Assembly: GCA_024762875.1 (NCBI GenBank)
Contig: JANTGR010000002.1
Location: 191-64,190, forward strand
Source of the DNA: Sulfurospirillum sp.
GTDB taxonomy: Bacteria > Campylobacterota > Campylobacteria > Campylobacterales > QNZT01
Length of the DNA: 64,000 bases
Direction: 5' to 3'
A program made the translations under genes and the position numbers. How positions within the stretch are numbered: the first letter of the stretch is position 1; each line of letters begins with the position of its first letter. Positions 1 to 10,870 of this stretch are shown here, in pieces. The notes under the pieces were generated by a model, which made no database searches, was not told the origin of the DNA, and was given only the letters and a program-made list of their open reading frames with translations.

Positions 1-1257
1 TTTTCTCTTATTGTTATCTTTAACCACTGCTTTTTGCTTATTTTTTAGTGGCTTTTCTTTTAAAACAATTTTATCTTTTTTCTGTTTTGGTAAAATTGTT
101 AATGTTGTTGTTTTTTCAACTGGTGACTTCTGTGTGAGAGGTGCAGGCTTTTTGATGGCGGTAAAAGAGATACTTTTGTATTTCAGTTTTTCATTGTTTT
201 TGCCGATAAGTGCCAGCTTTTTACCAATTGTAAGTGTTTTAGGCAAGTCCTGGTTGAGTTTTTTAATAGCTGACATTTTATTATTGAAGCGTTTGGAGAT
301 CAGAAAAAGTGTATCTCCTTCTTTGACAGTATAGGTAAAGATATTTTCATTGATACTGCAGATCGCTTTTTCTTTATTGATTTTGTCTTCAGGGATATAG
401 ATACAGTATTTTCTGTGGCCTTTTGGCGTGACACCTTTGAGGATGTGGGCATTGTATTTTTTCAGGATTCGCACCGGTATCTTGTAAGAGGAGGCCACTT
501 TTTTTAGGCTGGTTCCCTCTTTGACTTTGAGTGTTTTGAGTTTTATTTTTTTATGTTTGGTTTGAATTTTCTTTGCCTCAGAGAGCATAGCATCACTGTG
601 CGCGATCAAAGAAGCAACGATAAGCTTTCTGATATAGCGCCTGGTCTCTTTTGGAAGATAGTTATAATCACTGTCAAGCAGGGCAAATATATTATCAGTA
701 CCAGCTTTAGTGATCGCTTTTGAGAGTCTGGTTTCGCCACAGTTGTAGGCCATGGCAACCAGGTACCATTTATGAAATCTACCATGCAGATATTGTAGAT
801 ATTTGATGGCTACTTTAGTTGATTTGATAGGATCAAGCCGTTCGTCTATTTTACTGTTTATGGTGAGTTTCAGATTTTTAGCCGTCTGCGGCATCAGCTG
901 CCACAAACCAGCGGCTTTTTTACTGGATTTTGCAGTTGTAAGAAACTTGGATTCAACCATCGCCATATAGAGAAAAGTATCAGGGATATTGGACTTTTTG
1001 AGCATACTTTTGAGTGTCTCGATGATAACAGGACCATCCTTTAGTGTTCTGGAAAAATAGAGAAGATCGACTTTATCGATGCTGCTTTTCATGTTTTCAT
1101 ATTCAGCATCACCGATAAAATCGGCATCAATATCGAGACTTTTCAGTACCGCTCTTTCATCTTTTTCATGGAAGCTGGATGCAACAAAGTTAAGATTAAC
1201 CGCATATAGGCTATTCAGGCAAAGTAGTATGAGTATGAAGTATTTTATGATAAAAAT
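1..1257 (-). CDS. mltD: MltD-like membrane-bound lytic murein transglycosylase (SLT domain + LysM repeats); C-terminus lies beyond the left window edge
   Basis: Absent from the ORF track (no stop in window, no ATG/GTG/TTG start). Manual minus-strand translation gives signal peptide FIFIIKYFILILLCLNSLYA, SLT motif KKAAGLWQLMPQTAKNL (about 880-930) and LysM repeats including YTVKEGDTLFLISKRFNN (about 280-333). Upstream in-frame stop at 1291-1293. The only plausible start is ATT at 1255-1257, behind AAAGG. Confidence 0.75.
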   Translation of the reverse strand, partial: MFIIKYFILILLCLNSLYAVNLNFVASSFHEKDERAVLKSLDIDADFIGDAEYENMKSSIDKVDLLYFSRTLKDGPVIIETLKSMLKKSNIPDTFLYMAMVESKFLTTAKSSKKAAGLWQLMPQTAKNLKLTINSKIDERLDPIKSTKVAIKYLQYLHGRFHKWYLVAMAYNCGETRLSKAITKAGTDNIFALLDSDYNYLPKETRRYIRKLIVASLIAHSDAMLSEAKKIQTKHKKIKLKTLKVKEGTSLKKVASSYKIPVRILKKYNAHILKGVTPKGHRKYCIYIPEDKINKEKAICSINENIFTYTVKEGDTLFLISKRFNNKMSAIKKLNQDLPKTLTIGKKLALIGKNNEKLKYKSISFTAIKKPAPLTQKSPVEKTTTLTILPKQKKDKIVLKEKPLKNKQKAVVKDNNKRK

Positions 1258-1314
1258 GAATAACCTTTGAATGATCTGATTTGAATTTAGTTAAAATAAA
1301 CTTAATATATTATA

Positions 1315-2103
1315 TTAAATATCCTTAATTAAATCTTTAAATAGTTTATTAGTATTGGAAAAAACCAATTTTTCCAATTTTGTCTGGGGTATATTTAGTA
1401 TTTCAGCCATTTTTGCAGCAACCAGTGTGGTATAGTAGGGTTCATTACGTTCACCACGATGGGGATGCGGGGTCAGATAGGGACCGTCTGTTTCAATCAG
1501 CAGTCTGTTTTGCGGTATTTTTGGCAATATTTCTACCAGTTTTCTCGCATTTTTAAAAGTCAGTACACCTCCAATACCAAAGTAAAAGTTGTGTTCTGCC
1601 AATGCAAGCAGTGTTTCACTGGCATTGAAGCAGTGCAATACTCCGCCAACTTTTGCCACGTCATGCTCTAAAAGGATTGCTTTGCTGTCTGCTGAAGCTT
1701 CCCTGATGTGTACAATGAGCGGCTTATCAAGTTCTATCGCCAGTTTGATCTGTGCGATAAAAATTTCTTTTTGTGCCATCTTCTCTTTTTCTTTTGCAGC
1801 ATCATCTTCTGGAAGACGAAAATAATCCAATCCGCATTCTCCCACAGCGACACATTTGGGATGTGAGGCATATTGTCTTAGGAGTGCTTCATCAAAAGAG
1901 GCGATATCATAGGGGTGTACACCAACAGCAAAAAAAAGGTTTTCATATTTTTCACAGAGCATGGCGGCTCTTGGTAATTCAGCCGGGTCAGCTCCGGGGA
2001 TAATAGCTGCGATGACACCATGTTCCTTGGCGCGGGTGATAACTTCATCTATATCATCGATATATCGTTTGTCATTTAAGTGACAGTGTGTATCTATAAT
2101 CAT
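1315..2103 (-). CDS. tatD: TatD-family metal-dependent hydrolase/DNase
   Basis: 262 aa with motifs IDTHCHL, VGECGLDY, IVHIREA, LHCF and LIETDGPYL, typical of TatD/YcfH. Confidence 0.9.
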   Translation of the reverse strand: MIIDTHCHLNDKRYIDDIDEVITRAKEHGVIAAIIPGADPAELPRAAMLCEKYENLFFAVGVHPYDIASFDEALLRQYASHPKCVAVGECGLDYFRLPEDDAAKEKEKMAQKEIFIAQIKLAIELDKPLIVHIREASADSKAILLEHDVAKVGGVLHCFNASETLLALAEHNFYFGIGGVLTFKNARKLVEILPKIPQNRLLIETDGPYLTPHPHRGERNEPYYTTLVAAKMAEILNIPQTKLEKLVFSNTNKLFKDLIKDI

Positions 2104-3173
2104 ACTTCTTTTAATACCTCTATATATTGGTTAATGGTAGCGGATGGTGAAAAAAGTGCTGCCACTTTTGCTTGATTGGCTTTACATAAATCTGCGATAA
2201 TACTATTTTCTTCTCCTGCATGATTTTTAAAGTTTTCAAAGGTATCGATAAAAATATCTTTTTCCTTATAGATGGGATCAATGAATGTATCATGATAGAG
2301 ATAGGTATGGTTTTGCGCATAGCATGATGCGGGCAGTCCTGAATTGTTTTGAGCAGAAAGAATGATCGATTTATCCGCTATTTTGTATAGCAGGGCATGC
2401 TGCTTTGCTGTGATCAGTACTTCAATGAGAAGATAGTCAAAATTTTTTTCTTCAAGCAGTGCTTTGACGGCTTTTCTCTCTTGCAGGTTATGTGCGTTGA
2501 GATAAAAGATAAAAGTGCTTTGGCGCAGTCTCTCTTGCGGAAGTGTCAGCAGTTCTTCTATAAAAGCCAGTTGTTTAGCCAGTGCGCCCTGCAGGTGGAC
2601 ATAGGTAATTTCTTTGTCCAAATCAAATCCCATGGCATAAGAAGCTTTGAAAATATCTTCTTGTGTGATTTTATCTATTGCATCAAATAAGGGGATACCG
2701 TCATAGATCAGACGGCTTTTTTGTGCATAGTGATCCATGAGCGCATTTTTGTGGGAATTAAAGAGCAAAAATCTTGCTTTATTGTAGAGATAGCTGTAAA
2801 AAGGCTTTAGCAGTAAAGAGGGTGTATCATGATAACCGCAAGTGATAAAGTAGTCATAACATTTTTCACGGATTTCATCAACGATAAAAAGGGCTGACTG
2901 TTCACATTCGTACAGATCGATGATATCATAGTCCTCAAGCGAACGAACCATTTTTTTGCGTTTGTAGATACGATTTAAGAGTCTGAGTCTGGCAGTGGAT
3001 TTTTCTAAAAATTCCAGTTTGCTGGCAGGTTCGAGATCAGCTGTCTCATCTCCCTTTTTGAGCTTGTACTCTAGCAGGGAGAGTGTAGATACTTCTGCAT
3101 TGTGTGCCTCTAGCTGTTTGACCTTCTCTTTGAGTGCCTTGTCAAACCGGGTATAAAGAAAGAGTATTTTCAT
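2100..3173 (-). CDS. Hypothetical protein (357 aa), no recognisable motif; 4-nt overlap with tatD suggests co-translation
   Basis: Long ORF with coding-like composition. Its stop overlaps the tatD start. I recognise no signature. Confidence 0.6.
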   Translation of the reverse strand: MKILFLYTRFDKALKEKVKQLEAHNAEVSTLSLLEYKLKKGDETADLEPASKLEFLEKSTARLRLLNRIYKRKKMVRSLEDYDIIDLYECEQSALFIVDEIREKCYDYFITCGYHDTPSLLLKPFYSYLYNKARFLLFNSHKNALMDHYAQKSRLIYDGIPLFDAIDKITQEDIFKASYAMGFDLDKEITYVHLQGALAKQLAFIEELLTLPQERLRQSTFIFYLNAHNLQERKAVKALLEEKNFDYLLIEVLITAKQHALLYKIADKSIILSAQNNSGLPASCYAQNHTYLYHDTFIDPIYKEKDIFIDTFENFKNHAGEENSIIADLCKANQAKVAALFSPSATINQYIEVLKEV

Positions 3174-3195
3174 AAATTAGTGGTATCATATCAGC

Positions 3196-3399
3196 TTAGT
3201 CGATGACAAACGATATCTTGGCCGTGATTCTGTACTTGGATATTTTATTGTCTGTGACTTTGGCACTTTTTTCCTGGATATAGATTGACTTGATATTTCT
3301 GACTGATTTTGAGGCTTCTGTGATCGCATTTTGTGCTGCATCTTCCCAACTTTTGTCTGATTGTGCTAAAACTTCAATTACTTTAACTACTTTTGCCAT
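3196..3399 (-). CDS. Dodecin-family flavin-binding protein
   Basis: 67 aa. The pattern VKVIEVLAQSDKSWEDAAQNAITEASKSVRNIKSIYI...YRITAKISF matches the dodecin fold family as I recall it. Confidence 0.75.
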   Translation of the reverse strand: MAKVVKVIEVLAQSDKSWEDAAQNAITEASKSVRNIKSIYIQEKSAKVTDNKISKYRITAKISFVID

Positions 3400-3555
3400 T
3401 TTTATTCCTTTGGTAAAATTTTGTTCTACATTATACTATAATTTTTATTCTAATACTATCATGATAGCTTAATAAAATAGTTGGAACATATTGTGCTAAA
3501 GAAATGAATATATTGTATAGGCTGAGCATACGATATCATAAAAGGAGAAATATTG

Positions 3556-5871
3556 ATGCATAAAATGTCCAGATTTTTTGTCTCTAAAAACTTTATCAAT
3601 GGACTTTTTATCGTACTTTTCATTTTTTTATGTACCATTTTGATACTCGAAATAAACAAAAATGTAACACTATACGAAAGTGACAAATATAAAGACATCA
3701 GTAATTTATTTACAACGATTGAACACTCCCTTGATGATAAAATTCATACAATCACCTATCTGCATACTGCTGCAGAGAATTGGCTGGAGAATCCGCCAGC
3801 AAATTGTCATAGGTTGACATCTACTGTTGATAGCGTGCCTGAAAAAGATTATTTTGCGATTGATGAGCGGTATCCTAAAAGTTTTGATGCGTTATATCGC
3901 AGTAATCTAACAGGATATGCAGATTTAAAAAAGATTGACGCAGATGAGATCTGTATGGCACTCTCGCTCAATCCGCTTTTTTATGATATCAGTACAGGCA
4001 TAAAAGATATCGCCTGGGTCTATTATACTTCCAAAAAAGGTTTTATTAATCTTTTTCCCTATGTGGATTCTGATAATTTCCACCTGCAAAAAAAGGATAT
4101 GGATAAAGAGTGTTATACCTATGGACTGCCGCAGTATAATCCCGACAAATCCTATTATATGACACCTTTATATGAAGATGCCGGAGGGTTGGGGCTGATG
4201 ATCAGTATCGGGATGCCTGTCTATCATGATAGCCTGTTTCGTGGTGTGGTTGCTTTTGATATGACGATAGAACATCTTACCAATCTGCTTTCACCAATCA
4301 AAGATTTCAGAGGCTCTGCTTTGATTAAAAACAGACAGGGACAAGTTTTGGCTGCATATAATATTGATGGATTTAAGTATGATAAAATCACACCTTTGGA
4401 AAGCTTGGTGGATATCAATATTCTGGATAAATCAAAGGTGAAAAATGGTTTTTCTGAGTATGATGGAAAGTTGATTTACCATCAAAAGTTTCACAATGCC
4501 CCTTGGGAATTTGTCTATTTTACCGATAAAGCGGATATGTATCAGACTGTTTTTAAGAATTTGATTCCTTTGCTGCTGATATTTTTCTTTTTAGCTGTAG
4601 TGAGAATATTGGTCAATAAGCTTTTTGTGGCACAAAGTGCCTTGACAAAGTTGAATGCAAAACTAAAAGAGAAGGTCAAAGCCAAAAGCAAAGAAGTGGT
4701 TTATCAAAGATATAATTATGAGATGCTTTTTGAACAGTCCAGTGTAGGGATTTGTCTATTGAAAGAGGCACGTATTTTAGAGTGCAATAAAACACTGGCC
4801 AGGATGTTTGGCTATCAGTCAAAAGAGTCACTGCTGGGACATTTTATCCTGGCTTTTTCCCCAAAAATACAACCAAGCGGTATTTCCTCTTTAAAAGAGG
4901 CACGACAGATACAGCGCGATTTTATAGAACAAAAAAGTCATGCTTTTGAGTGGCAGTTTAAGCGCAAAAACGGTGAACTGTTTTGGGCTGATATATCCTC
5001 AAATATCATCAATATAAAAGGTGAAAAAATCATCCAGGTTATCTGCAAGGATATCAGTATGAGAAAAACCCTTGAAAAAGAGAATAAAATACAGACCAAC
5101 CAGCTCATAAAACAATCCAAACTCGCACAGATGGGTGAGATGCTGAGTATGATATCCCATCAGTGGCGACAGCCTCTGGGCTCAATATCGATGGTGATGA
5201 TGGGGTTGCAGATGAAAATTGAGATGGGTAAATTACCAAGAGGCAGTGAAGAAGAGGCTGCAAAAAGTGATGCAGTGATTTTGGAATATGTCGAAAAAGT
5301 GAACAAATATGTGCAGTTTCTCTCCAGTACAATTGATGATTTTAAAAACTTCTTTCAGCCACAAAAAGAGTACAGGGTTTTTGATATCAACAGCCTGATC
5401 AATGAAGCAATCACTCTCATCGCTCCGACGCTGCAATCCAAATCGATCATGATCGAAAAAAACTATCGTGCCCAGGAGGCAGTAGAGAGTTATGAAAATG
5501 AAATCAAACAGGTTATTTTAAATATCCTCAACAATGCCAAAGATGCCATGGTTGAAAACCAAAGTGAAAATGCGACTATCATGATAAGTACCTATACCCT
5601 CAAACATACCTGCATGATAGAGATTACTGATACTGGCGGCGGTATCAGGAGTGAAGATATGCCAAAGATATTTGACCCTTATTTTTCTACCAAATCAAAA
5701 AATGGAACCGGCCTGGGACTGTACATGAGTAAAATGATTATTGAAGAACACTGCAAAGGGAAACTGGATGTCAAAAATAAAGACAAAGGTGCCTCTTTTA
5801 CAATCTCTTTGCCGCTGATGCCGGCAGTGATGCCAGACGCCAGGAACGCTTCTATCGCTCTAAAAGTGTAG
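3556..5871 (+). CDS. Sensor histidine kinase with N-terminal TM, periplasmic Cache-like domain, second TM, PAS domain, H-box SHQWRQPL and HATPase_c
   Basis: ORF 3553..5871. ATG at 3556 lies 8 nt after AAAGGAG. H-box MISHQWRQPLGSI and G-boxes DTGGGI and GTGLGLYMS. No adjacent response regulator. Confidence 0.85.
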   Translation: MHKMSRFFVSKNFINGLFIVLFIFLCTILILEINKNVTLYESDKYKDISNLFTTIEHSLDDKIHTITYLHTAAENWLENPPANCHRLTSTVDSVPEKDYFAIDERYPKSFDALYRSNLTGYADLKKIDADEICMALSLNPLFYDISTGIKDIAWVYYTSKKGFINLFPYVDSDNFHLQKKDMDKECYTYGLPQYNPDKSYYMTPLYEDAGGLGLMISIGMPVYHDSLFRGVVAFDMTIEHLTNLLSPIKDFRGSALIKNRQGQVLAAYNIDGFKYDKITPLESLVDINILDKSKVKNGFSEYDGKLIYHQKFHNAPWEFVYFTDKADMYQTVFKNLIPLLLIFFFLAVVRILVNKLFVAQSALTKLNAKLKEKVKAKSKEVVYQRYNYEMLFEQSSVGICLLKEARILECNKTLARMFGYQSKESLLGHFILAFSPKIQPSGISSLKEARQIQRDFIEQKSHAFEWQFKRKNGELFWADISSNIINIKGEKIIQVICKDISMRKTLEKENKIQTNQLIKQSKLAQMGEMLSMISHQWRQPLGSISMVMMGLQMKIEMGKLPRGSEEEAAKSDAVILEYVEKVNKYVQFLSSTIDDFKNFFQPQKEYRVFDINSLINEAITLIAPTLQSKSIMIEKNYRAQEAVESYENEIKQVILNILNNAKDAMVENQSENATIMISTYTLKHTCMIEITDTGGGIRSEDMPKIFDPYFSTKSKNGTGLGLYMSKMIIEEHCKGKLDVKNKDKGASFTISLPLMPAVMPDARNASIALKV

Positions 5872-7378
5872 TCGCAAACTGTACTGCCGCTTCGGTAATC
5901 TCTTCTCCTGAAATCATACGGGAGAGTTCCTTGATACGTTCTTCTCTTTGCAGCAGTGTGACACGGCTCTCTCCCCCCTCTTTTGTCACCAAAAAATGCA
6001 TATCTGCTTTGGAGCTGAGCTGGGGTTGATGACTGATTGCAAAGATTTGATACTTTTTGGCGAGGACTTCCAGTACTTTGGCGATACTCATTGACTCTTT
6101 TCCACTGAGATTGGCATCAATTTCATCGAGGATCAGTACCCCGCTGCTTTGGATAAATTCGCTTGATGCTGCCAAAAAAGCCAGTCTGATACGGTTTAAT
6201 TCCCCTGAACTGACTTTTTCAAGTTGGGTATTTTTGAGTGAAAGTGTGATGACATCAAAGCCCAGTGCATGCATTTCATACTGGTTTTGATGAAAATGCA
6301 AAGCATCCAGATGCAGTAGCGAGAGATAGTATGTTACACGCTGGCTGAGAATTTTCAGTGCTTTTTTGCGCTCTTTTGAAAGTACATTTGCCTCTTTTTC
6401 GACAGCTGTCTGGAGTGCCTGCTGCTCTTTTTGCAGGCTCTCTTTTTCAAATGCTATATTTTCATAGCGGGCAAGTTCTTCTTTTTTCTGTGTCAGATAG
6501 AGCAAACTCTCTTCAATTGATCCATATTTTGTTTTTAAAGAGGAGAGATTTTCCAAGCGATCAAGCATGGCTTCTATATTGAGATCATCCAGCTCATGGA
6601 GCCGTTCACTGGCATTTTCAAGTATGACTTGCAGTGAGTTGAGTGCATCATCAAAAAAACTGCTCTCCTCTTCCAGCAGCGTGAGGGCATCGCCGACTTT
6701 GCCCTCATAGGAAAAAATTCCCATGGCTTCATTGATAGCTGTTTCTATCTTCTCTTTTTTGGAGAGTTCTTTTTTTTGAATCATCAGGGTTTCATACTCA
6801 TCCTGACTGGGATTGATGGCTTCTATCTTTTGGATTTCATAGCGGGCAAACTCTTTGAGCTCTGAGATCTGTTTCTCCTGCGTTTCTATTTCACCTAAAG
6901 ATTTGCTCACTGCTGTGAGGTTTTTGTAGTGTTCTTTAAAAGAGTGTAGATGTTTGGCATGATCATTGTCTTGTGTCGTGGCTATGCTGTCTAGCAGGGT
7001 GAGGAGTTTGTCATTTTCAAACTCTTTAAACTCCCGCAGGGTAAGATAGTTGATAAAGGTAGTAGAAATGTTTTTAAGATTTTTTTTGGATATCTGTTGA
7101 TTGTTGATGAAATATCGGGCTGATTTTTCTTTGCTAAAGCGAAATATATTGGGTTCATCAGCCCCAATGCCACTGTCTTGAAAGTCGATATGCCCATCTA
7201 AAGAAGCTTCGATATGTTTGGCTTCGCACTCTTTTAGACCAAAAAGTGTCAACAGTGATTCCATCAGAATTGATTTACCAGCCCCGCTGGGACCGGTAAA
7301 AATGATGAGATTTTGATCAAAATCCAAATCGAGTTCTTTAAAAGAGAGGTGCTCTTTGAGATAAAATCGCTCTATCAA
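5852..7378 (-). CDS. recN: DNA repair protein RecN
   Basis: 508 aa. Walker A GPSGAGKS, long coiled coil, C-terminal LILDEIDANLSG. Overlaps the nadK stop, giving the common nadK-recN arrangement. Confidence 0.9.
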   Translation of the reverse strand: MIERFYLKEHLSFKELDLDFDQNLIIFTGPSGAGKSILMESLLTLFGLKECEAKHIEASLDGHIDFQDSGIGADEPNIFRFSKEKSARYFINNQQISKKNLKNISTTFINYLTLREFKEFENDKLLTLLDSIATTQDNDHAKHLHSFKEHYKNLTAVSKSLGEIETQEKQISELKEFARYEIQKIEAINPSQDEYETLMIQKKELSKKEKIETAINEAMGIFSYEGKVGDALTLLEEESSFFDDALNSLQVILENASERLHELDDLNIEAMLDRLENLSSLKTKYGSIEESLLYLTQKKEELARYENIAFEKESLQKEQQALQTAVEKEANVLSKERKKALKILSQRVTYYLSLLHLDALHFHQNQYEMHALGFDVITLSLKNTQLEKVSSGELNRIRLAFLAASSEFIQSSGVLILDEIDANLSGKESMSIAKVLEVLAKKYQIFAISHQPQLSSKADMHFLVTKEGGESRVTLLQREERIKELSRMISGEEITEAAVQFATTLLER

Positions 7379-8274
7379 TTGCTTCCCCAGTGCAGTTTTT
7401 GTTTCAAGACATCAAAATAGTTTCGCTCTTCTCTGTGGATCATTCTAACACCGCGTGCAGCTGTTTTGATAGTAATATCATCAAAAAATTTGAGATTGTA
7501 GATATCCTGTCCATCTACAACGATGATCGTCTCATCCTCACTTTGAAAGGCTACTTCAAAATTTGCCGGCAAAACCATCGGGCGCTCTGTGAGCGAGTGC
7601 GGACAAATGGGTGTCAAAATCAGTGCTTCTGTGAGTGGAAAGATAATGGGCCCGTTGGCAGAAAGATTGTAGGCAGTAGAACCGGTAGGCGTCGAGATAA
7701 TCAAACCATCCCCGCGATAGCGATTCAGATGTTTACGTTTCATACCGGCATCTGTTGAAGTGACATAGGCATCAACATCAATCATACCTTCAATAGAAGG
7801 GCGTGACAGTACGATGTCATTGAGGGCAATGATCTTTTTGGTCCCTGTAGCACCATGCAGTTCTACTTCCAGGACCATCCGGGTATCGATGCGATAGGTC
7901 CCTTGAAATAGTTTATCGATAAAACTCTCTATTTCATCCAGTTTGATATCCGTTAAGAACCCTAGATTGCCGGCATTGATACCTAAAATAGGCTTATCAT
8001 GATAGTAAGAGCGGCGAGAAAGAGAAAGCAGTGTCCCATCACCGCCAAAAGAGATCAAAATATCACTCTCTTCAAATAACTTTTCCCGGGGAATTCCACC
8101 CTCAAGACCGATCATTTCTGCACTGTTTTTTGCGATGAGCAAGGTGACATGATGCTTATCCAGTGCTTTTTTGAGTACAGTATAGTAGGGCTTGAGATGT
8201 TTGGAATCCGGGCGTATGACCAGACCGGCTGTTTGTATGGTGCTGAGTTTTTCATCGTCAAATATAAAATGCAT
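7375..8274 (-). CDS. nadK: NAD(+) kinase
   Basis: 299 aa with GGDGTLL and NAGNLGFLT motifs. Confidence 0.9.
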   Translation of the reverse strand: MHFIFDDEKLSTIQTAGLVIRPDSKHLKPYYTVLKKALDKHHVTLLIAKNSAEMIGLEGGIPREKLFEESDILISFGGDGTLLSLSRRSYYHDKPILGINAGNLGFLTDIKLDEIESFIDKLFQGTYRIDTRMVLEVELHGATGTKKIIALNDIVLSRPSIEGMIDVDAYVTSTDAGMKRKHLNRYRGDGLIISTPTGSTAYNLSANGPIIFPLTEALILTPICPHSLTERPMVLPANFEVAFQSEDETIIVVDGQDIYNLKFFDDITIKTAARGVRMIHREERNYFDVLKQKLHWGSN

Positions 8275-8359
8275 AAAGATATGTTACTTTTTTTTTGATT
8301 AAAAGCAGGAAAATAGTGTGGTGCATTTTAACAAATAGACGCTAGAGACTTATCATGAT

Positions 8360-8448
8360 AAAGTGTTGTATATTTTACTTATTCACTAAGATTGCACTGT
8401 AAAACGGCTGCAGAGTCATGCACAACTAGACATTGTTTAGAACACTTT
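8360..8448 (+). repeat. REP/MITE-like intergenic element, copy A (degenerate arms)
   Basis: Core TTCACTAAGATTGCACTGTAAAACGGCTGCAGAGTCATGCAC (8382-8423) is about 85% identical to the cores at 27518-27560 and 30699-30739 (reverse complement). Short flanking inverted repeat AAAGTGTT / AACACTTT. Confidence 0.7.
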
Positions 8449-8507
8449 AAAGTTTCTAATTAAACATAAGATATAATATCTCATATATTAATACGTTAGG
8501 AAAGAAT

Positions 8508-10268
8508 TTGAGAAGTCAATATTGTGCAGAAGTAGATGAAAATAATGTAGGAGAAGCGGTTTCCCTGTGTGGTTGGGTTAATAGTTACAGAGATCACGGT
8601 GGTGTTATTTTTATCGATTTAAGAGATAAAAGCGGTCTGGTACAGCTTGTTTGTGATCCGGCTGACAGTACAGAGGCGCATAAAGTGGCGAATGAAGTAA
8701 GAGATGAATTTGTCTTGATTGCCAAGGGCAGAGTACGTCTTCGGGGTGAAGGACTGACCAACCCAAATCTCAAAACAGGAAAAATAGAAATTGTCGTCGA
8801 TGAATTGATTGTAGAGAACAAAAGTGATGTCCTGCCTTTTGTCATCAATGATGAAAAAGTTGGGGAAGAAACACTTCTGAAGTATCGTTATCTTGATCTT
8901 CGAAAGCCAAAATCCTACGAGATATTTAAACTGCGTTCCAAAGCGACTATCGCTGCAAGAAATGCGCTGGATGCACAAGGATTTTTAGAAGTAGAAACGC
9001 CGGTTTTAACCAAATCAACACCAGAAGGTGCGAGAGATTATCTTGTACCAAGCCGTGTACATGCGGGTGAGTTTTATGCGCTGCCACAATCACCGCAGTT
9101 ATTTAAACAATTGCTGATGGTGGGTGGATTTGACCGTTATTTTCAAATCGCCAAATGTTTCAGAGATGAAGATTTAAGAGCCGATAGACAGCCGGAATTT
9201 ACACAGATAGACTTGGAGATGAGTTTTTGCGGGCAGGAAGAAGTGATTGCCGTGAGTGAGGATATGCTCAAAGATGTATTTGCGGCAGCAGGACATGATA
9301 TCCAGACACCATTTAACCGTATCCCTTATATGGAAGCGATGGAAAAGTATGGCTCGGACAAACCTGATCTTCGTTATGACCTTGCGATGGTTGATATGAT
9401 TGATATCTTCGCACGTTGTGAAAATGAAATCTTTTCAAATATCGCCAAAGATACCAAGAAAAACCGTGTTAAAGCACTAAAGGTACCAAATGGTGACAAT
9501 ATCTTTTCAAAACGTCAAATGAAAGGTTTTGAAGATTATGTCAGAAAATTTGGTGCAAGCGGATTGGGATACTTTCAGATGAAAGAAGATGGATTGAAAG
9601 GACCACTGGCGAAGTTTTTCAGTGCTGAAGATCTTGAGCAGATCATTAAAGTTTCTGAGCTGAAAGTGGGTGATGTTATCTTCTTTGGTGCCGGCGATAA
9701 ACACCTGGTCTGGGATTATATGGGACGCTTTAGAATTTATCTGGCGGAGTTGATGGAGATTATCCCTGAAAACAGATTTGAATTTGTATGGGTAGTGGAT
9801 TTCCCGATGTTTGAAGTAGAAGAAGGCAAGATAAAAGCGATGCACCATCCTTTTACGATGCCAAGCAATATTGATGTGAAAGATCCCGAAGAGATGATGT
9901 CTATTGCCTATGATATCGTCCTCAATGGTACAGAACTGGGTGGTGGCTCGGTACGTATCCATAAGCCTGAGATTCAGGAAAAAGTTTTCAAACTGTTAGG
10001 CATTTCAGATGAAGAAGCCCATGAGAAATTTGGCTTCCTGCTGGATGCATTGAAATTTGGTGCACCACCGCATGCTGGACTGGCTTTTGGACTGGACCGT
10101 ATGATGATGCTTTTAACAGACAGCCCGAGTATCAGAGATGTGATCGCTTTTCCTAAAACACAAAAAGCACAGTGTATTTTGACGCAGGCACCAAGTCCGG
10201 TCGATAATGAGCAGTTAAAAGAATTGAGTATCAGACTAAGAGACAAAAAGAGAACAACAACTAATTAA
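8508..10268 (+). CDS. aspS: Aspartate--tRNA ligase
   Basis: 586 aa with TTG start after AGGAAAG. Class II motifs [26 protein letters not shown] and GLAFGLDR. Confidence 0.95.
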   Translation: MRSQYCAEVDENNVGEAVSLCGWVNSYRDHGGVIFIDLRDKSGLVQLVCDPADSTEAHKVANEVRDEFVLIAKGRVRLRGEGLTNPNLKTGKIEIVVDELIVENKSDVLPFVINDEKVGEETLLKYRYLDLRKPKSYEIFKLRSKATIAARNALDAQGFLEVETPVLTKSTPEGARDYLVPSRVHAGEFYALPQSPQLFKQLLMVGGFDRYFQIAKCFRDEDLRADRQPEFTQIDLEMSFCGQEEVIAVSEDMLKDVFAAAGHDIQTPFNRIPYMEAMEKYGSDKPDLRYDLAMVDMIDIFARCENEIFSNIAKDTKKNRVKALKVPNGDNIFSKRQMKGFEDYVRKFGASGLGYFQMKEDGLKGPLAKFFSAEDLEQIIKVSELKVGDVIFFGAGDKHLVWDYMGRFRIYLAELMEIIPENRFEFVWVVDFPMFEVEEGKIKAMHHPFTMPSNIDVKDPEEMMSIAYDIVLNGTELGGGSVRIHKPEIQEKVFKLLGISDEEAHEKFGFLLDALKFGAPPHAGLAFGLDRMMMLLTDSPSIRDVIAFPKTQKAQCILTQAPSPVDNEQLKELSIRLRDKKRTTTN

Positions 10269-10294
10269 AACAGACAAAAATATCAAGGAGTAAC

Positions 10295-10864
10295 ATGAAA
10301 AAACTATTTTTAATTATCGGAGCACCGGGAAGCGGTAAAACAACAGATGCAGAGTTAATCGCCCAAAAGCATGACAATATTACACACTATTCAACAGGCG
10401 ATATGTTTCGTGCTGAGGTAGCCAGTGGCAGTGAAAGAGGTGCACTGATCAAATCTTTTATTGACAATGGCAATCTTGTGCCAATCGATATCGTGATTGA
10501 GACAATTGTAACAGCTATTAAAGCTTCTCCTACCGATGTTGTTGTGATCGATGGATATCCGCGCAGTATTGAGCAGATGGAAGAATTGGACAAGTATCTT
10601 GCCAATGAAGAGGATGTGACACTTGTGAGTGTTATTGAAGTAGTGGTCAGTGAACAGACAGCACGTGACAGGGTTCTGGGACGTGGACGTGGTGCAGATG
10701 ATAATAACGAAGTGTTTGATAATCGTATGAAAGTTTACATGGATCCTTTGGAAGATATCCAAAAGTTTTATGAAGCAAAAAACATCTTGCATAAAGAAGA
10801 TGGTGAAGGATCGATTGAAGAGATCGTAGCATCGATGGATGCATTTGTACAAAGTAAAATTTAA
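10295..10864 (+). CDS. adk: Adenylate kinase
   Basis: 189 aa with P-loop GAPGSGKTT and a short LID form. Confidence 0.9.
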   Translation: MKKLFLIIGAPGSGKTTDAELIAQKHDNITHYSTGDMFRAEVASGSERGALIKSFIDNGNLVPIDIVIETIVTAIKASPTDVVVIDGYPRSIEQMEELDKYLANEEDVTLVSVIEVVVSEQTARDRVLGRGRGADDNNEVFDNRMKVYMDPLEDIQKFYEAKNILHKEDGEGSIEEIVASMDAFVQSKI

Positions 10865-10870
10865 TCTATC

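Noticed and set aside
11-334. A 107-aa plus-strand ORF at the left edge, and the 63-aa ORF at 1079..1270.
   Set aside because: They are shadows of the minus-strand MltD-like gene, whose LysM and SLT motifs are unambiguous.
8465-8480. A TATAAT-like box (AGATATAATATC) upstream of aspS as a promoter.
   Set aside because: It is plausible, but AT-rich spacers contain many such hexamers and there is no -35 or extended -10 to support it, so I do not report it as a feature.
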